Of a DNA stretch of 64,000 bases, positions 50,563-58,518 are shown in pieces. The notes beneath the pieces were generated by a model. That model had not been told where the DNA came from. It was given only the letters and a program-made list of their open reading frames with translations, and searched no databases. The stretch comes from an uncultured Actinomycetota bacterium (GTDB taxonomy: Bacteria; Actinomycetota; Actinomycetes; Mycobacteriales; Micromonosporaceae). How positions within the stretch are numbered: position 1 is the stretch's first letter; each line of letters starts with the position of its first letter. A program made the translations under genes and the position numbers. The stretch lies in the NCBI GenBank assembly GCA_963803345.1, contig CAWDLX010000013.1, positions 133,804 to 197,803 of the forward strand, in the 5' to 3' direction.

Positions 50563-51555
50563 ATGCGCCGCCGGTACCGCCCGCTGATCTCGTGCGGCCG
50601 TCCGTGCTCGTCGGTGCGGTACCGCAGTGGTGCTGGGCCGGCTTGGTCGACCGTGGACCGTCCGGCTCGGACACTCCTGGCGCCGCTGCCGCCGTCCGCT
50701 TCGAGGGCGAGCCGAGCCAGCCGACGGCTCGAGCTCCGGCCCGGCCGCCCGACCGCGGACCCGGCCGGCCTGCAGTCGTGGGGATGCGACCAGGACGTCC
50801 GGTTCGCGGCGACCGCCGCCACCGTCAAGAAGATGAACAACGGTCACGTCGGGATCGAGGTGAAGGACCGGGTCACCGGGGCGGTCTGGACGGCGCGGCG
50901 AGCCGGACTACCGGATCTGGGCGGGCTCGACTCCCAAGCTGGCGTTCTCGGTGGCGCTGCTCGAGCAGGCCCGGGCGGGCCAGATCACACTTGGACGCCA
51001 AGGCGAACGGCCAGATCGACGCGATGCTGCACGTGTCGGACAACGACGCCGCCGACTCACTGTGGGACCGTACGCCGGGCAAGTCCGACACGATGGATGA
51101 GCCGGTGGAAGACCCGGTACGGCATGGCGACCGCGGGCTATGTGAGCGGCTTCCCGAGTCGCTGGGGGTTCGTCAAGTGCACGCCCAAGGACCTGGCCGC
51201 CCTGATGACGTACGTTCTGGAGAAGCTGGACGCGACCGATCGGGCCTACATCCTGGGCCAGATGCGCACGGTCGGCGACATCCAGCACTGGGGCGTCTGG
51301 GCCGCGGGAAGCACCCTGCAGCCCGGGGTCAAGGACGGCTGGTCCCAGGAGATGGACGCCGGCAAGCAGCACTGGATCACCGCCACCGTGGGGTTCGCCG
51401 GCCCCAACCAGCGCTACGTGGTCGCCGCCATGTACCACCAGAATCCCGGCGGCGACACCATCGAGCGCGGCGTCCACGTGCTGACCGATCTGGTGGCCAC
51501 CATCTTCGGGCAGCCCATTCCGGCGCCCGCGGTCATTCCGCCCCCGGACACCTGA
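50563..51555 (+). pseudogene. serine hydrolase (class A beta-lactamase-like fold), frameshifted; weak call
   Basis: ORF 50563-51555: ...VRFAATAATVKKMNNGHVGIEVKDRVTGAVWTA, then ...WGFVKCTPKDLAALMTYVLEKLDATDRAYILGQMRTVGDIQHWGVWAAG...VKDGWSQEMDAGKQHWITATVGFAGPNQRYVVAAMYH. The middle part (STPKLAFSVALLEQARAGQITLDAKANGQIDAMLHVSDNDAADSLWDR) is in the frame of ORF 50556-51563. The N-terminus and signal peptide are unresolved. Confidence 0.45.
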
Positions 51556-51641
51556 TTCTTTAATGGCGTAGGTCCGTCGGGCTCAAGGCCGCCGCTCCCG
51601 CCGTCTTGATGTCCGTGCGCCCTCACCGTCGTTGACGCGGG

Positions 51642-52533
51642 TCATCCGGGCAGTGCCTTGGTGATCGAGGCGCGCAGACCGGCCGGGTCGAGGCCATGCA
51701 GACGCTGATGGTCGGCGCGTTCGCCGTAGCGGTGCGAGTCGGTCCGGGTCACGCCCAGGCTGAGCAGCCGGTGCGGTACATCGGTCAGGGCACTGGACAC
51801 CACATGGGCCGAGGTGCCGGCCAGGTACGGCTCGACCAGCACCACCAGTGGCGGCGTCGTCAGGGGCCAGACGAGTTCCCGGGTGCCTTCGGCGTCCCAG
51901 GGCCGGGGGGTGTTGCTGTAGGCCACAGCCAGGTCCAGTCCTTCGGTCGCGGCCAGCGTCGGGGCGAGCATCGGCCCGACCGCCACGACCAGGCCCCGCT
52001 GGCCCGGCCGGATCAGGGCGAGCCGCCCGTGTGTCGCGTGTGGACGTTCGTTGTGGTCCTCGGCCAGCCGCACATAGACCGGCCGGTCATGACGCGCGGC
52101 TACCCGCAGCATCGGCTCGACCTCGTCACGCGTGTCCGGGCACCTGGACAGTCCAGCCGTCCAGCGTGTCCAGCAGCGCCACATCCCCGGGCCATGGTGG
52201 GTCCGCCCGGCGGTCGACGCGTCGTAGGAGGCGCCGACGCTGACCAGGATCGCACCGACACCCTGGTGACCGAGGTCGAGCTTCATCTGCTCCCAGGCGC
52301 GCTCGACCAGGAACGGCGTGTACGAGTGGGCGATCGGCCGCAGTCCGGTCAGCGCCAGCCCGCCGGCGACGCTGACCATCAACTGTTCCCGGATGCCGAC
52401 GTTGAGGACCCGGTCCGGATGGCGCTGGATGTGCACGCGAACCCCGCGGCCGAGATGTCGGCCAGTACCAGGGCGGTGCGCGGATCTTCGTCCAGCAGCG
52501 AGCCGTGATCGCGTAGAACGCATGGCGCATCAT
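51642..52533 (-). pseudogene. transketolase, C-terminal (pyrimidine-binding) subunit, frameshifted
   Basis: MMRHAFY... start at comp. 52531-52533, overlapping the upstream stop (ATGA). ...DHGSLLDEDPRTALVLADIS is in ORF 52379-53089. ...HPDRVLNVGIREQLMVSVAGGLALTGLRPIAHSYTPFLVERAWEQMKLDLGHQGVGAILVSVGASYD...PVYVRL...VGPMLAPTLAA... is in ORF 51642-52523. There is a further slip near 52170. Confidence 0.75.
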
Positions 52534-53214
52534 CCCGCCTTCCCTTCGATGTGGGCGACAACCACGTGGGGGCGGTCCGGTTCGTGGGCCAGCAGGGCGC
52601 CGCGATGGCTTCGTGGTCACGTCCGTCCACATCCGACGATGACCATCCGTTGACGGTGAACCGGGATGCGATACCGCCCGGCCAGCCGTGGGTGGCCGAT
52701 TCGTTGTCGATCACGACCACGGTCAGGCTGGCCAGCCCGATCGCGCCGGCATAGGCGATCGCCTCGTGGTTGGAGCCCTCGTCGAGTTCGGCGTCGCCGA
52801 CCAGCACGTAGACCCGCGGGGTCGTCAGTCCCTGGGCCCGCAGGCCGAGGGCCGACCCGACGGCGAGCGGCAGCCCGTGGCCGAGCGAGCCGGAGGAGAT
52901 CTCCACCCCCGGTACCCGCAGCCGGTCCGGATGGTGGCCGAGCGGGTTGTCCCAGCTGGCCACGTCGTCCAGCCATTCGGGCGGGATGAAGCCCTTCGCG
53001 GCGAGGACGGCATAGTAGGCGGCCGGACCGTGGCCCTTGGACAGCAGGAACCGGTCCCGGTCGTCGGCCGTCACAGTCTGCGGGGTCACTCGCAGGACCC
53101 GGTCGTATAGAACCCAGAGGACGTCCAGCGTGGAAGGGCGCTCGGCTCGTGCTTCTCGTCGCCGGTGAAGCGGGACAACAACTCATCGAGGATCACGATA
53201 CGATCGTGCAACAT
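52530..53214 (-). pseudogene. transketolase, N-terminal (TPP-binding) subunit, frameshifted
   Basis: ATG at comp. 53212-53214 (MLHDRIVILDELLSRFTGDEKHEPS). Then STLDVLWVLYDRVLRV, and ORF 52379-53089: DRDRFLLSKGHGPAAYYAVLAAKGF...HPDRLRVPGVEISSGSLGHGLPLAVG...VLVGDAELDEGSNHEAIAYAG...VVIDNES. Ends ...VVAHIEGKAG* at TGA comp. 52530-52532. The start is uncertain; see the SoxR-box finding. Confidence 0.75.
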
Positions 53215-53234
53215 GAAGTTAACTTGAGCTCAAG
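53212..53234. promoter_or_regulatory. putative SoxR operator (two overlapping palindromes)
   Basis: CATGAAGTTAACTTGAGC (53212-53229) matches the E. coli soxS operator CCTCAAGTTAACTTGAGG at 15 of 18 positions. It overlaps the perfect palindrome CTTGAGCTCAAG (53223-53234). It lies in the 28-bp gap between the divergent soxR and transketolase start codons. Confidence 0.6.
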
Positions 53235-53242
53235 GGATTCGC

Positions 53243-53677
53243 ATGAACTCACTGAGCATCGGTGAGCTGAGCGCGCGCAGCGGGGTCGCCCCGTCGGCGT
53301 TACGGTTCTACGAGTCCCGGGGCCTGATCCGGTCAAGCCGCAGCGGGGGCAATCAGCGCCGGTACGGTCGGGCTGAGCTGCGCCGGGTGGCCTTCATCCG
53401 GATCGCCCAACGGGTCGGACTCTCCCTCGACGAGGTGGCCGACGCGCTGGCCACTCTGCCCGGCGGGCGGACGCCGACCAAGGCCGACTGGGCGCGACTG
53501 TCCGCCCTCTGGCGGGCGCGCCTGAACGAGCAGATCAGCCTGCTCGAGCGACTCCGCGACCGGCTGACGAGCTGCATCGGCTGCGGCTGCCTGTCGCTGC
53601 GCAGCTGCCGCATCTCCAACCCCGACGACAGCCTGGCCGAGCAGGGCCCCGGCCCGCACCACCTCCTGGCCCCCTGA
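53243..53677 (+). CDS. soxR: redox-sensitive transcriptional activator SoxR (MerR family)
   Basis: Intact 144-aa ORF. MerR HTH: LSIGELSARSGVAPSALRFYESRGLI...GNQRRY. The [2Fe-2S] ligand motif is CIGCGCLSLRSCRISNP. Confidence 0.9.
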   Translation: MNSLSIGELSARSGVAPSALRFYESRGLIRSSRSGGNQRRYGRAELRRVAFIRIAQRVGLSLDEVADALATLPGGRTPTKADWARLSALWRARLNEQISLLERLRDRLTSCIGCGCLSLRSCRISNPDDSLAEQGPGPHHLLAP

Positions 53678-53692
53678 CCCGCCGACCCGCTG

Positions 53693-53748
53693 GAAGGAAG
53701 GGCACCTTGTTAACGCTTCCGGTATAGGAAGGGCCCCCTATTAACGGG
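53693..53748. repeat. 56-nt dispersed palindromic element, copy B (degenerate 3' arm)
   Basis: GAAGGAAGGGCACCTTGTTAACGCTTCCGGTATAGGAAGGGCCCCCTATTAACGGG. It aligns base for base with copy A (46076-46131). The differences cluster in the 3' arm. Confidence 0.85.
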
Positions 53749-53940
53749 CGAGGCGGACAAGCGCGGGGCAGCGCGAGCGCGGGGCGGCGGCGAGCGTGGG
53801 GCAGCGCGAGTGCCAACGAGCGGGCGACGACGGGCGAGCGCGGGGCGGCGGCGAGCGTGGGGCAGCGCGAGTGCCAACGAGCGAGCGAGCGCGGCGGCAG
53901 CGGGCGAGCGCGGCGGCAGCGGGCGAGCGCGAGGGGCACA
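53749..53940. repeat. GC-rich compound minisatellite
   Basis: The 48-nt block GAGCGCGGGGCGGCGGCGAGCGTGGGGCAGCGCGAGTGCCAACGAGCG occurs at 53775-53822 and 53836-53883 (61-bp period). The 19-bp unit GCGGCGGCAGCGGGCGAGC then occurs twice (53891-53909, 53910-53928). It fills the gap between soxR and the qor stop. Confidence 0.85.
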
Positions 53941-53944
53941 ACCC

Positions 53945-54922
53945 TCAGGGGGCGAGGAGGAGGATCTTGCCGATGTGGTCGGAGGTCTCCATGACCCGAT
54001 GGGCGGCCGCCACGTCCGGCATGGGCTTGCGCTTGTAGATGACCGGCCGGACCGTATCGGCTTCGAGGAGCGGCCAGACATGCTCCCGGACGGCAGACAC
54101 GATCGCCGCCTTCTCCTCGACCGGACGGGCCCGCAACGAGGTGGAGCTGACCGTTCCCCGCTTGGCCATCAGCGCACCGATGTCCAGCTCGGCCTTACGG
54201 CCGCCCTGCATGCCGATGATGGCCAGGTGCCCGTTCACGGCGAGGGCCGAAATGTTGCGCTCCAGGTAGGAGGCGCCCATCAGGTCGAGGATCACATCGG
54301 CACCGTGGCCGTGGGTGGCCGTCTGGACGGCCGTGACGAAGTCCTCGGACAGGTAGTCGATGACGACGTCGGCCCCGAGTTCGCGCACCGCGGCGTGTTT
54401 GGTCGGCCGGGCGGTGGTGAGGACCCGGGCGCCGTGGGCCGAGGCGAGCTGGATGGCTAACGTACCGACGCCGCTGCCGCCGCCATGGATCAGGCACGAG
54501 TCCAGCGGGCTGAGGTGGGCGTCCATGAACACGTTCGACCACACCGTGCAGGCGGCCTCGGGCAGACCCGCGGCGTCGACCAGGCTGACCCCGGCCGGTA
54601 CCGGCAGGCACAGCACGGCCGGAGCCGCGACCAGCTGTGCGTACCCGCCGCCGGCGAGCAGGGCGCACACCTCGTCGCCGACGCTCCACCCGGTCGCCCC
54701 GGGCCCGAGACCGATGACGACGCCGGAGCACTCCAGCCCCGGGTAGGGCGACGCACCCGGCGGCGGTGGGTAGAAGCCGGCGCGTTGCAGCAGGTCCGCC
54801 CGGTTCACGCCGCTCGCCGCTACGTCGATGAGGACCTCGCCGGGTCCAGGTTCAGGATCGGGTACCTCGGTCCAGGTCAACACCTCGGCGCCGCCGGGAC
54901 GGGGAATGGTTACCGCGTGCAC
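53945..54922 (-). CDS. qor: NAD(P)H:quinone oxidoreductase (zeta-crystallin / MDR family)
   Basis: Intact 325-aa ORF: VLIDVAASGVNRADLLQRAGFYPPPPGASPYPGLECSGVV, GGGYAQ, LIHGGGSGVGTLAIQLA. Confidence 0.85.
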   Translation of the reverse strand: MHAVTIPRPGGAEVLTWTEVPDPEPGPGEVLIDVAASGVNRADLLQRAGFYPPPPGASPYPGLECSGVVIGLGPGATGWSVGDEVCALLAGGGYAQLVAAPAVLCLPVPAGVSLVDAAGLPEAACTVWSNVFMDAHLSPLDSCLIHGGGSGVGTLAIQLASAHGARVLTTARPTKHAAVRELGADVVIDYLSEDFVTAVQTATHGHGADVILDLMGASYLERNISALAVNGHLAIIGMQGGRKAELDIGALMAKRGTVSSTSLRARPVEEKAAIVSAVREHVWPLLEADTVRPVIYKRKPMPDVAAAHRVMETSDHIGKILLLAP

Positions 54923-54977
54923 TCACCCATCTTGCCGTGTCGGCCCGGGTGTTGGGCGATCAGGGCCAGCAAATCCC

Positions 54978-55811
54978 TCAGACCCAGGGCAGCCCGGTGA
55001 TCCGCTCGTACACCTCGACATACCGGTCCCGGGTCGCGGCCACGATCTCCGGGGGCAGCGCCGGCCCCGGTGCGGTGCGATCCCAGCCGGTGCTGATGGC
55101 CCAGTCGCGGACGATCTGCTTGTCGAACGGGTACTGCACCTGCCCGGGCCGATAGTCGGCGGCTGACCAGAACCGGGACGAGTCCGGGGTGAGGACCTCG
55201 TCGGCCAGCACCATGACGCCGTCCGGCGATCGTCCAAACTCGACCTTCGTGTCGGCGATGAGCAGCCCCCGTTCGCCGGCCAGCTCCGCCCCTCGCTGGT
55301 AGATCTCCAGCGTGATCCGGCGCAGCTCGTCAGCGGTATGACTACCTTCCTGGGTCACCACCTCGGAGAACGTCATCGGGGTGTCGTGTTCGCCTAGTTG
55401 AGCCTTGGTGGTCGGCGTGAAGATCGGCTCGGGTAGCCGGCTCGCCTCGACCAGCCCGTCCGGCAGCGGTACGCCGCTGATCGCGCGGTCCCGGTGATAG
55501 TCCTTGAGCCCCGAACCGGCCAGGTACCCCCGGGCAACGCATTCGACCGTGACCATGTCGAGCCGCCGGCAGCGGACAGCCCGCCCGGCCCACTCGGCCG
55601 GCACATCGGTGCCCGAGATGATGTGATTGGGCACGATGTCAGACAGCCGGTCGAACCACCACAGCGACAGCTTGGTGAGCACCTTCCCCTTGTCCGGGAT
55701 CAAGGTGGGCAGCACAACGTCGAAAACCGACACCCGGTCGGACGCGACGAGGATCAGATCCTCGCCGTCGGTGTAGACATCGCGCACCTTGCCCGAGTGG
55801 ACGAGCTCCAT
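54978..55811 (-). CDS. purC: phosphoribosylaminoimidazolesuccinocarboxamide (SAICAR) synthase
   Basis: ATG at comp. 55809-55811 inside ORF 54978-55958: MELVHSGKVRDVYTDGEDLILVASDRVSVFDVVLPTLIPDKGKVLT...VECVARGYLAGSG...LLIADTKVEFG...DEVLTPDSSRFW. Confidence 0.95.
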   Translation of the reverse strand: MELVHSGKVRDVYTDGEDLILVASDRVSVFDVVLPTLIPDKGKVLTKLSLWWFDRLSDIVPNHIISGTDVPAEWAGRAVRCRRLDMVTVECVARGYLAGSGLKDYHRDRAISGVPLPDGLVEASRLPEPIFTPTTKAQLGEHDTPMTFSEVVTQEGSHTADELRRITLEIYQRGAELAGERGLLIADTKVEFGRSPDGVMVLADEVLTPDSSRFWSAADYRPGQVQYPFDKQIVRDWAISTGWDRTAPGPALPPEIVAATRDRYVEVYERITGLPWV

Positions 55812-55829
55812 GCCGGTGACGCTACCGGA

Positions 55830-56245
55830 ACACAGGTGCGGGCTGACGGGGACGCGTCGAGAACCGTGGCACCGAACGTTTCCCGGCCTCGACGACATCG
55901 TGCAGCGCGTCCTGGCCGTCGTCTTCTTCCGGTGGCCCCGGGTGCGCCAGGCCGACAAACGTCGACGCCTACGTCGAGAAGATCCTGGTCAACCGCTTCA
56001 TCGACGACCAGCGGCGCGGCTGGGCCAAGGTACGGCTGATGGAGTCATTGCCCGAACGGGCCGGCGGACAATCTCGAAGAGGTGCACACACGGCTGGACG
56101 TGCGCAACGCCTGCCGCCCTGGGCCAACGGGCGGTGCTGGTGCTGCGGTTCCTGTGTGACCGTTCGGTCGAGGACACCGCCGAGGCGTTGAACTGCCGCA
56201 CCGGCACGGTCAAGAGCACCACCAGCACCGGCCCGCAGGAGCTGA
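55830..56245 (+). pseudogene. ECF/SigE-family RNA polymerase sigma factor remnant (5'-truncated, frameshifted)
   Basis: ORF 55789-56847 and neighbouring frames give a region 2 fragment GLDDIVQRVLAVVFFRWPRVRQAD / VDAYVEKILVNRFIDDQRRGWAKVRL. Region 4 is RAVLVLRFLCDRSVEDTAEALNCRTGTVKS. Only about 20 codons are available upstream of DDIVQ before the divergent purC start, although these sigmas normally have about 45. Confidence 0.5.
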
Positions 56246-57041
56246 TCTACGCGGTCGACCCGGCCGCCGACACGAGCTTCGTCGGCGGCGACTGGGTTGA
56301 CGTGACACTCTGTGCCGCCGGGATCATCCCCTGGCAACTGCGTCCAGGCGGGCGTCCAAACGCCAACGGCCGTGCCGTACCGCAGCGGCAGAACGCCGCC
56401 CCGGTAGGAGGACGGGGCGATCCGGCCGTACGGTTCACATTCGATCCGTCCACTGTGGTGCCCGCCGGAGTGGACACTGTGGACGGACTGGCCTTCCGGT
56501 GGGCCGATGGCGCGTGGGTGGTGGTACGGGCCGTGCTGGGAGCGGCGGAGCCGTCGGCCGAGGTGGCCCGCCGGGTCGCGGAAGGACTGGTCTTCGGTCC
56601 GGGCGACCGGGTGCGGATGCCGTTCACGATGGCCCGCCCGACCGCCGCGTCCACGCTGGTCACGACGTCCGCGTGGAACGACACACCGGGGGCGTTCGCG
56701 TTGGGATTCAGCCTGCACCCGGCTGTGGTGCGCAACGCGGTCGGCGACGCCGTGTCAGGCGCGGGCGAGCTGAGCATCGGACTCGTGCGGGCGCGCTGCC
56801 GGACGCGCAGCCCAACACCACCATCGGTGGACGACCGACGTACGTGAGCTACTTTCCCGGTGGTGTGTCAGGCCGGGTGGTCCTCTTCGGCGAGGAGAGC
56901 TACGTGGAGCTGACGGTCGGCCTCGGTGAGGGCATGGACCACCTCGGCCGGGAGCAGGCGATCGCCCTGGTGGCCAGCGTCCAGGAGCTCAACCCATCCA
57001 GCGATCGCAGCACGTGGAGCGACCCGCCGCTGCGGGACTAG
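56246..57041 (+). pseudogene. hypothetical protein downstream of sigma factor (N-terminus apparently fused or lost, frameshifted)
   Basis: Continuation of ORF 55789-56847 (...VRFTFDPSTVVPAGVDTVDGLAFRWADGAWVVVRAVLGAAEPSAEVARRVAEGLVFGPGDRVRMPF...). Then ORF 56499-57041 (...PNTTIGGRPTYVSYFPGGVSGRVVLFGEESYVELTVGLGEGMDHLGREQAIALVASVQEL...*). No start, TM or anti-sigma segment is identifiable. Confidence 0.35.
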
Positions 57042-57058
57042 CGACCCGCCCCTTGGGA

Positions 57059-57958
57059 CTAGGCGGGAGCGTCCCCTGTGGACGGACGGAACCAGGTCAG
57101 CGGATCGTCGTCAACGTCCTGTCCGGCCGCGGCGAGGGCGCTGACCACCATCGTGCGACGGTAGGCGGCATATGTCACGATGTGGGCGACCATGCCGGCG
57201 GCGGTGAACAGGTACGGCGGATCGCCGGTCGCATCGACGAAGGTCTCGTCGAAGCTCTCCCGCTGGTCCAGGCCATGCACGTACGCCGAGAACTCCGGAC
57301 CGACCCTGGCCAACCGGGCTCTGATCGCGGCGATCGTCTGGTGCTCCTCCGAGGCAAGGTCGTAGGGCACGCTGGCCATCGCGGCCAGCCACATGTCGAG
57401 CTGACCGGCCAGTCGGGCCAGCAGCGACCGGACCGTGGGGTCGGTGTCGATGCCCGGCCCGGGCGGGTGCAGCGGTGCGTCGAGAAGGTCATCGCCGAGC
57501 TGATCCGCCCGGTCGAGCAGTTGCTGCAGTACGGCGATGTGATGGTCGACCAAGCTGGCGATCATGCGGGTGGTCCCCTTCCTGGCCGGCAGCCGCAGCC
57601 CGGCCGGTGGATAGAAGTGCACGCCGTTGGGCGTAGGCAGGTGGAAACTGGCGCTCGCCGAGCGCCACTGCTGCGGCGACCGGTAGTAGACCCGTTGGAA
57701 CGCCCGGGTGAATGCCTCGTGCGAGGTGTACCCCGCCTCCATGGCGGCGTCGATGATCGGGACACGTGTCGTACGCAGCCGGTAGGCCGCCCGTTCCAGT
57801 AGTACCCGCCGGCGCAGCCGACCTGGCGTCTCGCCCCCGAGGGCGCCGACCACCCGGTCGAACTGGGCACGCGACAGGTGCAGATGAGCGGCCAGGTCGG
57901 CCGGCCGCGCGCTCGGGTTCCCCGTGAGGCGGGCAACGAACTCGGCGAACCTGTCCAT
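57059..57958 (-). CDS. AraC family transcriptional regulator with C-terminal helical (DinB-like) domain
   Basis: ATG at comp. 57956-57958 inside ORF 57059-58009: MDRFAEFVARLTGNPSARPADLAAHLHLSRAQFDRVV...LRTTRVPIIDAAMEAGYTSHEAFTRAFQRVY is an AraC HTH pair. The C-terminal part, IASLVDHHIAVLQQLLDRADQL...LAGQLDMWLAAM, is labelled DinB-like by inference only. Confidence 0.75.
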   Translation of the reverse strand: MDRFAEFVARLTGNPSARPADLAAHLHLSRAQFDRVVGALGGETPGRLRRRVLLERAAYRLRTTRVPIIDAAMEAGYTSHEAFTRAFQRVYYRSPQQWRSASASFHLPTPNGVHFYPPAGLRLPARKGTTRMIASLVDHHIAVLQQLLDRADQLGDDLLDAPLHPPGPGIDTDPTVRSLLARLAGQLDMWLAAMASVPYDLASEEHQTIAAIRARLARVGPEFSAYVHGLDQRESFDETFVDATGDPPYLFTAAGMVAHIVTYAAYRRTMVVSALAAAGQDVDDDPLTWFRPSTGDAPA

Positions 57959-58152
57959 CCGACCATCCTGCCGCCCGCGCCGCCCTCCCCGCTTGATCGC
58001 CTTCCGCAACCCTTCTGGATCTTGTCATTCCGAGGCCCCTCTGGGGGCTCAGACATGCCAAGATCTCGGCCGCCATCGCCACCTCTCGGCGGGCGGCGGT
58101 GATCTGGTGTCTGGCACACTTGCGGTCGGGACACCGGCGCGCCGGTCGTCTT

Positions 58153-58239
58153 GGAGGGCTCGCCTAGTGGCCGATGGCGGCGGTCTTGAAAACCGCTTCA
58201 GGAGCGATCCTGACGTGGGTTCGAATCCCACGCCCTCCG
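58153..58239 (+). tRNA. tRNA-Ser (anticodon UGA)
   Basis: The sequence folds by hand. Acceptor GGAGGGC / GCCCTCC plus discriminator G. Anticodon stem GCGGT/ACCGC with loop CTTGAAA (TGA). Long variable arm TTCAGGAGCGATCCTGAC. T arm GTGGG-TTCGAAT-CCCAC. CCA is not encoded. Confidence 0.95.
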
Positions 58240-58518
58240 CCTTGACCAGCCATAACGGAGATCGCACCTGGAACCCGCAGGGGTGATCTTGCCGGTATGG
58301 ACACTCTATGGACACAGACTGCCGAGAGATTTCCCGGAGCCGTACACGGGCGGACGAGGGGCGACTCGACCCGCCCACCAGTGACTGCCTTCCTGGCGGC
58401 ACAGCAATGCGTGATATGCCGTGGACGGGTCACCGGCCGAGGTGAGCACATCGACCACGAGGCGTGATGCACGCTTCTGGGCCTGCCGGGTCCGTTTACC
58501 CTCGACCTGAACTTTGCG

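Noticed and set aside
53535-54081. Reverse ORFs with repeated ALALPHARRRPALA / SPAAAALAR segments.
   Set aside because: They translate the GC-rich minisatellite between soxR and qor. There is no start context and they overlap the qor 3' end.
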